From the IMG/VR virus record IMGVR_UViG_3300048894_000085, positions 1-41,436 of that record: a DNA stretch of 41,436 bases; one strand, written 5' to 3'. Every line of letters starts with the position of its first letter. Within the stretch, counting starts at the first letter, position 1. This DNA is from a virus. Positions 6,642 to 13,685 of the stretch are shown here, piece by piece. The translations under genes were made by a program, and so were the position numbers. Below the pieces are notes generated by a model, which saw only the letters and a list, made by a program, of their open reading frames with translations, did not search any database and was not told the DNA's origin.

Positions 6642-6992
6642 TTACTTTGCCCTCAATTGAGCGTTAATCGATTTAATGGGATATTTTTGCGAGTTTAAGG
6701 TTTTCCACTGGCCTATTTCGTTATAGAGTGGGGTGCCATAAAGTAATTCATTTAAAGTTTCTTGAGGAATTGTATTGCGCCAATAACTATCTTCTGAATT
6801 AGAAACTTGTAAAGTACCCCACCATTTTGATATTTGACGCTTTGTAGTAGGTGACCAGTTTTTAACGGTACAGGCGAATATCCCGTCTGGAAAACGAATT
6901 GCCACGGGTGTTGAATAGCTTATTAAAATACGTGTTTCGTGGTCATCTAGGATTAGTTCGCGAGTGTTGGCTGAGATGCGGATTACTTTCAT
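6642..6992 (-). CDS. Hypothetical protein, 116 aa
   Basis: ATGA-coupled start MKVIRISANTRELI. Shares its first ~20 codons with ORF 7493-7678. Confidence 0.6.
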   Translation of the reverse strand: MKVIRISANTRELILDDHETRILISYSTPVAIRFPDGIFACTVKNWSPTTKRQISKWWGTLQVSNSEDSYWRNTIPQETLNELLYGTPLYNEIGQWKTLNSQKYPIKSINAQLRAK

Positions 6993-7273
6993 ACTATTTC
7001 CCTCGTTTTTAGGCCACATAAAAAAGCGTAAAGCTCGTTATATAAGTTAGATTTAGTGATATAACCTGAATGTGTAACTGTACGAATACCACCAGAATCG
7101 TTAACAGTTTGCACAAGTTTATAGCCACCATAAGCTGAATCTATATGATAATGACCTACATTAGCTTTAAACGGAGGATCATTGATTCTATCGCAATAAG
7201 AAAGAGGAGTTTTAGCCTCTTTGTTAATGACTTCAATTAGAGTGTTGAGTTGTTTCATTGTCGTTCGTGTCAT
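6989..7273 (-). CDS. Hypothetical protein, 94 aa
   Basis: ORF with 'NVGHYHIDSAYGGYKLV'. No function recognised. Confidence 0.55.
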   Translation of the reverse strand: MTRTTMKQLNTLIEVINKEAKTPLSYCDRINDPPFKANVGHYHIDSAYGGYKLVQTVNDSGGIRTVTHSGYITKSNLYNELYAFLCGLKTREIV

Positions 7274-7275
7274 AT

Positions 7276-7491
7276 TTAAGCCTCACTTTGTTTAATGATA
7301 TGTTGATCTACACTTCGTAATTGCCATTTCCAGTCACTTGGATTAATACGCACTAATCCCGCAAAAGCTAGAAGGGCAGTAGTTTGATCTTCCCACATTT
7401 CAGCATAAATAAGATTGTGTGCTATTCCACCGCCTGAGATAGCGCCGTATTTTTTCATTTCAGGGGTTTTAAGATAGATTCTATAATTCAT
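7276..7491 (-). CDS. Hypothetical protein, 71 aa
   Basis: ORF tightly packed within the operon. Confidence 0.5.
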   Translation of the reverse strand: MNYRIYLKTPEMKKYGAISGGGIAHNLIYAEMWEDQTTALLAFAGLVRINPSDWKWQLRSVDQHIIKQSEA

Positions 7492-7492
7492 G

Positions 7493-7678
7493 TTATGCCC
7501 TTATTAGTTCTTCAATAGTATTGACTTGCTTAGAGAAACGTACTTCAAAGCCGAGTTTCTGCATGGTTTGCATATCGGTAGTACTAAACGTCTTTTTGCC
7601 TGTAAGCTGAGCAAAGAGCTTACGTGTTTCACCCATGATTAGCTCGCGGGTGTTAGCTGAAATGCGGATTAGTTTCAT
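7493..7678 (-). CDS. Hypothetical protein, 61 aa
   Basis: Starts MKLIRISANTRELI. Its 5' 58 nt are homologous to 6929-6992. Confidence 0.5.
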   Translation of the reverse strand: MKLIRISANTRELIMGETRKLFAQLTGKKTFSTTDMQTMQKLGFEVRFSKQVNTIEELIRA

Positions 7679-7938
7679 TAGATTAACTCCTCTTTTCGTA
7701 GTTCACATATAGGCTTGCCGTTTTTTTTAGAGATAATGTACAAGGTGTTTTCATCTCCGATAGGATCGAATTCAACATGATTCTGAGATTGTGGTTTAAT
7801 ACCTATTTCCTTAAATATCTCTTTATCAGTTAATATATCGAGATTTAATGTATAAATGCCTTGATAATAATAATCATTAACTTGATATCCGTCTTTATCA
7901 TTGCCCCATAGATCGTATGTGAATAGTCTGTATTTCAT
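7678..7938 (-). CDS. Hypothetical protein, 86 aa
   Basis: Start MKYRLFTYDLWGNDKDGYQV lies one nt after the upstream stop. The longer 111-aa version in the ORF track would overlap the upstream gene. Confidence 0.5.
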   Translation of the reverse strand: MKYRLFTYDLWGNDKDGYQVNDYYYQGIYTLNLDILTDKEIFKEIGIKPQSQNHVEFDPIGDENTLYIISKKNGKPICELRKEELI

Positions 7939-7939
7939 A

Positions 7940-8101
7940 TTAAGCCTCGTTAATGAAGTATTTAAGGTTTTCGTCTTGTAATCTGATACGGAGCTTTTGG
8001 GCGTAGTCTTCAATCGTTCTTAGTTCGCCCACTGTTAATTCATTTAATATTTCTTTTAGCTTAGCCTTACGATCTGATTGTGCGATTGTTTCAGTAGTCA
8101 T
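7940..8101 (-). CDS. Hypothetical protein, 53 aa
   Basis: Start MTTETIAQS is preceded by AGGA 8 nt upstream. First gene of the minus-strand operon. Confidence 0.45.
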   Translation of the reverse strand: MTTETIAQSDRKAKLKEILNELTVGELRTIEDYAQKLRIRLQDENLKYFINEA

Positions 8102-8134
8102 GTTGTTTGTCCTATATAATGTTAATGAAATGCT

Positions 8135-8163
8135 AATATAATACATTAATAATATAATAGCAA
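8135..8163 (-). promoter_or_regulatory. Candidate promoter TTGCTA-17-TATATT (minus strand)
   Basis: Reverse complement of 8158-8163 and 8135-8140. About 30 nt upstream of ATG 8101. Confidence 0.4.
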
Positions 8164-8189
8164 TAGATAAGTGACATTATTTTATCGTG

Positions 8190-8218
8190 TTGTATCTTAT
8201 TGATTGATTAGTTATAAT
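8190..8218 (+). promoter_or_regulatory. Candidate promoter TTGTAT-17-TATAAT (+ strand), divergent from 8135-8163
   Basis: ttgtat at 8190-8195 and tataat at 8213-8218. 20 nt upstream of ATG 8239. Confidence 0.5.
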
Positions 8219-8238
8219 CGCTTGAATTAATCAATGGA

Positions 8239-8505
8239 ATGATAATAATGAGTAATTTGGTGCAGTGTGGCTGTTGTAGAGGACAGAAAAAGATTATTGG
8301 GTTAGGCAATATGAGTGTGGATTGCTTTGGATGTAAAGGGGTTGGATTTGTTGAGCGGTTGGCTTTGAAGGTTGAAGCTGAGGTTACACCAAACGTGGTT
8401 ATTACTGAATATAGCGACGAGCCAAGCCATGAAGTGTTTCAGAGTGAGATTGCTAAGAAGCTGGCTAAGCGGGTTAATGTGGGTAGGCGAAAGAAAGTGG
8501 CTTAG
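8239..8505 (+). CDS. Small protein with DnaJ-type CxxCxGxG zinc-finger motifs
   Basis: 'CGCCRGQK' and 'CFGCKGVG' at the N-terminus. Basic C-terminus. Confidence 0.55.
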   Translation: MIIMSNLVQCGCCRGQKKIIGLGNMSVDCFGCKGVGFVERLALKVEAEVTPNVVITEYSDEPSHEVFQSEIAKKLAKRVNVGRRKKVA

Positions 8506-8518
8506 ATGAAATTACCTA

Positions 8519-8545
8519 TAGTTAAGTGAAGTTAATAGAAGTTAG
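8519..8545. repeat. Three AAGTTA boxes spaced exactly 10 bp apart, upstream of terS
   Basis: tagttaa (8519), aagttaa (8529) and aagttag (8539). Confidence 0.4.
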
Positions 8546-8597
8546 TGTATTTTGAGAGTAGATCATAATATGTATAATACCTCAGTAAGGTTGCAAT

Positions 8598-9035
8598 ATG
8601 ATGCGAAAACCTTTAACGCCAATGCAATATTCATTCTGTAATGAATACATCAAGAATGGTTTTAATGCTTATCAAGCTGCGTTACATGCTGGTTATAGTG
8701 AAAGCTATGCTAATACTCAAATGGGCGCCTTAATGAATAAACCTGTCATTAAAGATCGCTTAATTAAAGCTTATAAGAAAATGGAAAACGCTCAGATTGA
8801 TAAGCTTGCAATCACATTCACTGATAAAGCTAACATACTGTTACGCATTATCTATGATGTGATACCTAAAGATGGCTCAGAGCCTAAGCGAGCATACTAT
8901 AAGGATGCGATTAAGGCTATGGCTGAGCTAAACAAGATGCAAGGTGATTACGCACCTGAGAAACGCATGAACATGACAGTGAATGCAACGCTTGATAAGC
9001 TCACTGAAGCACGCAAAGCGTATGAGGAGTTCTAA
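8598..9035 (+). CDS. terS: Terminase small subunit (Terminase_2-like)
   Basis: 'LTPMQYSFCNEYIKNGFNAYQAALHAGYSESYANTQMGALMNKPVIKDRL' matches the conserved N-terminal HTH signature of Terminase_2 small subunits. Confidence 0.8.
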   Translation: MMRKPLTPMQYSFCNEYIKNGFNAYQAALHAGYSESYANTQMGALMNKPVIKDRLIKAYKKMENAQIDKLAITFTDKANILLRIIYDVIPKDGSEPKRAYYKDAIKAMAELNKMQGDYAPEKRMNMTVNATLDKLTEARKAYEEF

Positions 9036-9086
9036 GCTATTGATTCGTCTTGTGAATATAAATGTAATAAAATATAATATAATGTA

Positions 9087-9115
9087 TTGACAATGTAATA
9101 CATTATATTTATAAT
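9087..9115 (+). promoter_or_regulatory. Perfect consensus sigma70 promoter TTGACA-17-TATAAT
   Basis: ttgaca at 9087-9092, a 17-nt spacer, and tataat at 9110-9115. Confidence 0.7.
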
Positions 9116-9121
9116 ACTCTC

Positions 9122-9456
9122 ATACATTAACTAACGAGGTGAAGCAATGAGATACCAACTAAACAAGATGATCCTAACGATACTTTGGAATGCAAACAGA
9201 TTGAAGATGATAAGCATCAAGACTCAACTAAGACTAACGAGACTGTGTGGGATGTAACCCACGCAGCGTGGCGTGGTGAGGCTCCAAACGGGGCAGGGGT
9301 GGCATGGAGCGGGGGATAGGATCTGGAAATGCAGGGGTGAGATTAAAGAATGTAAAGGTGTGCTGCATCCTTAAACTCCTATTTAACATTTAGGTTTTTA
9401 GAAAAATCCTTAAACTCTTAAACAACTTTTATATATTTTAGAAAATTCAGGTAGAT
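9122..9456 (+). ncRNA. Candidate non-coding transcript or long leader; locally G/GC-rich (9245-9340) in an AT-rich genome
   Basis: Lies downstream of the consensus promoter. The only ATG ORF is 36 aa with implausible composition. The protein-like frame has no start codon. Contains stem-loops gtggg/cccac, ccacg/cgtgg and atgcag/ctgcat, four G4-5 runs, and a 12-bp direct repeat ATCCTTAAACTC at 9367 and 9406. Confidence 0.35.
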
Positions 9457-9780
9457 ATGATCATAGACATAACAAAATGCAAACAAATCTCAAAAAATAA
9501 ACAACTGTATTTATTAAAAACAGACGTATTAGAAGTCTTAGGTTGGGAGAATAAAAAATTAATACAGCTAGAAAACCTAGTTATAGAAAAAAATGAAAAT
9601 ATAAACATATTAATGGATAGCATATCTATTCTAAGACGTTCTGAAGAATCCTACAGTAAATACAGCGCTATGTATGAAAAAGAAACAGCTCGTATTGAAA
9701 ATGCCTTATTTAATATGGATGAATATTTAAACAAAATAAAAGAGCGATTAGACACAATAGAAAGTAAAATTAACTATTAG
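9457..9780 (+). CDS. Coiled-coil protein, 107 aa (first of three tandem related small genes)
   Basis: Heptad-like, K/E/N-rich. C-terminus is '...LDTIESKINY'. Confidence 0.5.
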   Translation: MIIDITKCKQISKNKQLYLLKTDVLEVLGWENKKLIQLENLVIEKNENINILMDSISILRRSEESYSKYSAMYEKETARIENALFNMDEYLNKIKERLDTIESKINY

Positions 9781-9789
9781 GACAAAAAA

Positions 9790-9966
9790 ATGACAACTAA
9801 AAAAAACGATGACTTAATGCTAGAAATGATTATAGGACTAGATAAAATTTTCAAAAAAACAATGGTAGAGAATCTGGAACGAGTCTCTAAACTAGAAAAA
9901 AACCTAGAAACAATAGATAGAGAACTCACAGCACTTATAAAAAATATAGAAAATAAAATAAACTAA
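9790..9966 (+). CDS. Coiled-coil protein, 58 aa
   Basis: Not in the ORF track. Translation is MTTKKNDDLMLEMIIGLDKIFKK...LIKNIENKIN. The 'taggaca-A-rich-ATG' junction also occurs at 9978. Confidence 0.45.
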   Translation: MTTKKNDDLMLEMIIGLDKIFKKTMVENLERVSKLEKNLETIDRELTALIKNIENKIN

Positions 9967-9977
9967 TAGGACAGAAA

Positions 9978-10160
9978 ATGGCATTTAATAAAGAGTATGA
10001 AGAAAAAATTCTCGTAAAAGTAGAATTAGTAGAAAAGATTCTAGAACGAGTGTTGGTGAGAATCAGTGAAAGATTACTTAAACTAGAAGAAAATGTAAAA
10101 GATTTAAACGATTTTGCTATAAATTTGAGTGTTCGTTTAGGTATAAAGAAGGAAGAGTAA
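9978..10160 (+). CDS. Coiled-coil protein, 60 aa
   Basis: ORF with heptad-like 'VELVEKILERVLVRISERLLKLEENVKDL'. Confidence 0.5.
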   Translation: MAFNKEYEEKILVKVELVEKILERVLVRISERLLKLEENVKDLNDFAINLSVRLGIKKEE

Positions 10161-10366
10161 TGATGGATTTAAACAGATTACAGACATTAAAGACAGTCTT
10201 AAGTGACCTACACACATTAAGCAGTTTTTATACTAATGCATCACCCGGATGGACACTCATTCAGAATGCATGGCGACATATTGACAGTATTTATCATTTA
10301 GAAAAAGACACTAATTTTGATAAAAAAACCCTAGGAGTTAAACAGGATGAACATGATGAAAATTAA
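10160..10366 (+). CDS. Hypothetical protein, 68 aa
   Basis: TAATG-coupled ORF. Confidence 0.5.
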   Translation: MMDLNRLQTLKTVLSDLHTLSSFYTNASPGWTLIQNAWRHIDSIYHLEKDTNFDKKTLGVKQDEHDEN

Positions 10367-10727
10367 AATCTGGAAAGAAGGCATTACCGAATCAGAACCC
10401 AATCAAATGTATCTTAAATTGGATTATGCAAATGGTGAAGATATTATGCTATCCGCCTGTGATATGGATGGCAATTATATAGAAAAAGGGGCACATATTT
10501 TATACATTGATAGTAATTATAGAGTCGTCGTTACATTAGATGGAATCAATCCAGCTATCCCTTTAAAAACGGATCTTGAAGATCAAGTCTTAATTTATGA
10601 GGAGACTGAAATTCATAATCTTGAAAAAGGTCGTTTTATGCAAATTGCATCAAAAGACATGTTAAGGCAGATAAAAGAGAAAATCGCAGAAGTAGAGCAA
10701 CCTGATCCAATACCCCAAACTCATTGA
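10347..10727 (+). CDS. Hypothetical protein, 126 aa
   Basis: ORF preceded by 'aggag'. Confidence 0.55.
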   Translation: MNMMKIKIWKEGITESEPNQMYLKLDYANGEDIMLSACDMDGNYIEKGAHILYIDSNYRVVVTLDGINPAIPLKTDLEDQVLIYEETEIHNLEKGRFMQIASKDMLRQIKEKIAEVEQPDPIPQTH

Positions 10728-10736
10728 GTAAAAAAT

Positions 10737-10874
10737 ATGCTTACATGGTTAATTTCTTTTATATTTGCATGGATAATAGCGTTTATATTTAAATGGGATA
10801 TGTTTCAGCTGTTAGTATTTGCAGCACTATATGCTATATTCCTTACATTAAAAGAGATAAAAAGTAAATTATGA
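10737..10874 (+). CDS. Small two-TM membrane protein, 45 aa
   Basis: Translation is MLTWLISFIFAWIIAFIFKWDMFQLLVFAALYAIFLTLKEIKSKL. ATGA overlap with the next gene. Confidence 0.4.
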   Translation: MLTWLISFIFAWIIAFIFKWDMFQLLVFAALYAIFLTLKEIKSKL

Positions 10875-11317
10875 ATCTAGAAGATCAAGTCTGTTCTATT
10901 GATAATGCAAATAAACTATTTACATTAATAGGTAAAAAAGACTGTTTGTATTACCATTCTTTTAACTATAAGTCATTCTCTGATGAGCAAATCGTAGATC
11001 ATGCTATTACCATGATCCCGTGTGGTGAACATATCCCAGCCTATACATCGGATGAGTTATTAGATTTATTACCTGCTTTTATTTATTACAACCTGTTTAA
11101 GCCTCATGATTATTATTATCTACGTATAGACAAAAGAACTTATAAAGATATTCGATACTGTGCTAAATATGTCTGTAGCTCGATCGAGGGAAAAGAGATT
11201 AATAATCCTTTCTTTGAAGTGCCAAGTCCTGCTAAGTCACATGCCAGCACACTGGCTGATTGTTTAGCTGAAATGCTGATTTATCTCCTTGAAAATAAAA
11301 TGATGGATATACCATGA
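10871..11317 (+). CDS. Hypothetical protein (tandem paralogue 1)
   Basis: 'MNLEDQVCSIDNANKLF...ADCLAEMLIYLLENKMMD' parallels the next ORF. Confidence 0.6.
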   Translation: MNLEDQVCSIDNANKLFTLIGKKDCLYYHSFNYKSFSDEQIVDHAITMIPCGEHIPAYTSDELLDLLPAFIYYNLFKPHDYYYLRIDKRTYKDIRYCAKYVCSSIEGKEINNPFFEVPSPAKSHASTLADCLAEMLIYLLENKMMDIP

Positions 11318-11718
11318 AATTAGAAGAACAGGTTTGCTCACTTGAATTAGCAAAGCGTTTAAAAGAGCTTAAGATTAATCAAGAGAGCATCTTTTATTGG
11401 CGACGCTGGGTACCCATTAGAGGATCATCTTATATAACGCCTGAATGGAGTTTATCTTATTACAAAGGTTCAGATGATGATTATGAAGTCATATCAGCAT
11501 TTTCAGTTGCAGAACTAGGTGAATTATTACCTGATCTAATAAAAATAAGAGCTGAAAATTATTTCATAACCATGGATAGCGATAAATATGTTTGTTATGA
11601 GAACATGGAAAAGACCTGTGAAATACATTTCATGGATAATGGTGATGAATTCACAGAAGCGGATGCACGTGCTAAAATGCTTATTTATCTGATCGAGAAT
11701 GAATATGTGGAGAGTTAA
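11314..11718 (+). CDS. Hypothetical protein (tandem paralogue 2)
   Basis: 'MKLEEQVCSLELAKRLKEL...ADARAKMLIYLIENEYVE'. ATGA overlap with paralogue 1. Confidence 0.6.
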   Translation: MKLEEQVCSLELAKRLKELKINQESIFYWRRWVPIRGSSYITPEWSLSYYKGSDDDYEVISAFSVAELGELLPDLIKIRAENYFITMDSDKYVCYENMEKTCEIHFMDNGDEFTEADARAKMLIYLIENEYVES

Positions 11719-11839
11719 ATTGGATAACGACGTATTTGGTTTAATTACTGCTTTAATCCTATTGCTTAATTTATTTGTATTAAGCGATATAAGGTCAGAT
11801 TTACACAAAATAGCGATTAAAATAGAGATAAAGAAATGA
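11705..11839 (+). CDS. Small TM protein, 44 aa
   Basis: Translation is MWRVKLDNDVFGLITALILLLNLFVLSDIRSDL... ATGA overlap with the next gene. Confidence 0.35.
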   Translation: MWRVKLDNDVFGLITALILLLNLFVLSDIRSDLHKIAIKIEIKK

Positions 11840-12048
11840 GTGAATGGATATCAGTTGATGATAAGTTACCTGACGATTTTGAAGAAGTTTTATATTTTTG
11901 CATGAATGATCATGGGAAAAAAACAATGATGATGGGGCACAGAGAAAAAGGATACTGGACACATTGCTATATGTTTTATTCAACTGTCACACTTAATAAA
12001 TTAGTTACAGTCACGCATTGGATGCCGTTACCGGAGTATCCACAATGA
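11836..12048 (+). CDS. DUF551-like protein
   Basis: 'WISVDDKLPDDFEEVL...VTHWMPLPEYP' matches the DUF551 pattern. Confidence 0.7.
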   Translation: MSEWISVDDKLPDDFEEVLYFCMNDHGKKTMMMGHREKGYWTHCYMFYSTVTLNKLVTVTHWMPLPEYPQ

Positions 12049-12149
12049 TCGAGACTATACTCATTTCCTTTGCATTAAGCGCATTAGCCATTTTATTATA
12101 TCGATTCTTTAGAGTCGTTTATTGGATATGGAAAATGGGGAAATATTAA
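12045..12149 (+). CDS. Small TM protein, 34 aa
   Basis: Translation is MIETILISFALSALAILLYRFFRVVYWIWKMGKY. ATGA overlap upstream, and the stop abuts the next ATG. Confidence 0.35.
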   Translation: MIETILISFALSALAILLYRFFRVVYWIWKMGKY

Positions 12150-12320
12150 ATGATGATCGATGTCTGTACGCAATGCGGTGGCAGTGGCGAGATGCGTGTA
12201 CCTCAAACATATATGACTTGTCGTTGCTGCAGAGGACGAGATAAATTCAGGCCTTGTAAAGCTTGTCATGGCAAAGGCGTTGAGCATATAAAAACTAATA
12301 ATAAAAATGGAGATGTTTAG
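12150..12320 (+). CDS. Mini-protein with three DnaJ-type CxxCxGxG zinc-finger motifs, 56 aa
   Basis: 'CTQCGGSG', 'CRCCRGRD' and 'CKACHGKG'. The opposite-strand ORF 12096-12287 in the track is the antisense shadow. Confidence 0.5.
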   Translation: MMIDVCTQCGGSGEMRVPQTYMTCRCCRGRDKFRPCKACHGKGVEHIKTNNKNGDV

Positions 12321-12323
12321 CTA

Positions 12324-12551
12324 ATGCACAAAGTAGAAATTAATGAAGAGGATAATGAGTTGTTGAGTTTATTGATAGAATCTATTTCTCATTTGATGAC
12401 GATAGTAAGTAAAAGATCACCACCCGATGTTGATTTAACTAAACACTTAGGTGAATCTTTTAAATCATTAGGCCATTTCTGTCTCAGAATGAGCGTGATT
12501 AGAGGAGAAACTGATGAAGTCAAATATCACAACACAATTCATCCCCACTGA
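12324..12551 (+). CDS. Hypothetical protein, 75 aa
   Basis: ORF only. Confidence 0.5.
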   Translation: MHKVEINEEDNELLSLLIESISHLMTIVSKRSPPDVDLTKHLGESFKSLGHFCLRMSVIRGETDEVKYHNTIHPH

Positions 12552-13173
12552 TGGCATAACAGATCTTAGTCCTGAATTATTAGAGAGCAATCGTTTAAAA
12601 TTGTTTCACGCAGAACATTATAAAAAATATAAGTGGAACGATTTAAGACTATTTTGTCATTATTATGCGCGTTATGGCTTACCTACGATTGAATTAGTCG
12701 ATTATATTAAAATGCTGATTCATGGGCGCTCTGTAATCGAGATAGGAGCTGGAGCGGGCGATCTTGGATATCATCTCGGTATTAAGATGACAGACTCCTA
12801 TCAACAGACAGATCCTCTTATTAAGATGATATATGAGGCCATGGGACAACCTGCAATTACATATCCGCCTGATGTGGAGAAGATTGATGCGCTCGATGCA
12901 GTGATAAAATATCAACCAAAAGTGGTTGTAGCATCATGGATTACATCTCACTCACCAACTCAGCAAGTTTACTGCAGTAATCCAGAAGGTATTAAAGAGG
13001 CGAAGATATTAGATCTGATTGATACTTTTATCATTATCGGTAATATCGATGTGCATGGCACTAAACCTATTCTTAAAATAGGGCATGAAGTTATTCAGGA
13101 ACCATGGATTCTATCTCGTGCTAAAAACCAAAGTCATAATTGTATTTATATATGGGATAAACACAATGTCTGA
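12514..13173 (+). CDS. Possible SAM-dependent methyltransferase-fold protein
   Basis: Motif-I-like 'VIEIGAGAGDLGYHLG'. No clear catalytic motif was recognised. Confidence 0.45.
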   Translation: MKSNITTQFIPTDGITDLSPELLESNRLKLFHAEHYKKYKWNDLRLFCHYYARYGLPTIELVDYIKMLIHGRSVIEIGAGAGDLGYHLGIKMTDSYQQTDPLIKMIYEAMGQPAITYPPDVEKIDALDAVIKYQPKVVVASWITSHSPTQQVYCSNPEGIKEAKILDLIDTFIIIGNIDVHGTKPILKIGHEVIQEPWILSRAKNQSHNCIYIWDKHNV

Positions 13174-13369
13174 TGAATATAATAAAGGCTTTAATGATGC
13201 GATTAATAAAATAATATTCTATTGCAGAGAGCAAGCTGAAAATTATGCCAGACTTTATACTGAAGCGCCAAAAGACTTAAAGTCTTCATTTTCTCATAAA
13301 GCGATAGCTATAGTGGATTTTAGGATATTGATTGAAGATTTATTTCAAACAGAGGTTATTGATGATTGA
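13166..13369 (+). CDS. Hypothetical protein, 67 aa
   Basis: Start MSDEYNKGF overlaps the upstream stop by 8 nt. Confidence 0.5.
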   Translation: MSDEYNKGFNDAINKIIFYCREQAENYARLYTEAPKDLKSSFSHKAIAIVDFRILIEDLFQTEVIDD

Positions 13370-13685
13370 CAAATGCCAACGCTGTGATACAGAAGACGAT
13401 GAATTAAGAACGTTATTCATGTCATGTGGATATGATATGAGCGAACTTGAATTACCTTTTATGATAAAAACAGATGGATCATTTGCTTTATTTGTTTGCA
13501 AGCGATGCCGGTCTGACTGGATGCATTTTATCAGAATATGGTTTCAAACGAATGCGGCTTCTAATGAATCTATAGGAAGTGGAATTTTTATCAGAGATTT
13601 AGGTTGCAGTCGTGAAGTATCTGAGGAGACATTTAAAAAAATAAATCCTGATGTTGAACCCACGAGATTTATCGATGATCAGTAA
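13362..13685 (+). CDS. Cys-rich hypothetical protein, 107 aa
   Basis: 'MIDKCQRCDT...FVCKRCRSDW'. GAGG SD before ATG 13362. Confidence 0.5.
   Translation: MIDKCQRCDTEDDELRTLFMSCGYDMSELELPFMIKTDGSFALFVCKRCRSDWMHFIRIWFQTNAASNESIGSGIFIRDLGCSREVSEETFKKINPDVEPTRFIDDQ

Noticed and set aside
2918-9115. A shared 'AATATAAT / TAATGTTAAT / AATGTAATA' motif family in the AT-rich intergenic regions (2918-2965, 6415-6455, 8112-8165, 9055-9115) as a dedicated operator set
   Set aside because: These are low-complexity A/T strings overlapping -10-like hexamers in an AT-rich genome. I cannot separate a specific motif from composition without statistics. They are reported only as individual candidate promoters.
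9290-9337. G-quadruplex formed by the four G4-5 runs in the orphan leader
   Set aside because: The loop lengths (2, 11 and 18 nt) exceed canonical G4 definitions, so the call is too weak to stand alone. It is mentioned only inside the leader finding.
11536-12915. Track ORFs 11536-11808 (-), 11801-11983 (-), 12096-12287 (-) and 12694-12915 (-)
   Set aside because: They are antisense shadows of tightly coupled + strand genes. These include the DUF551 gene and the CxxCxGxG mini-protein.
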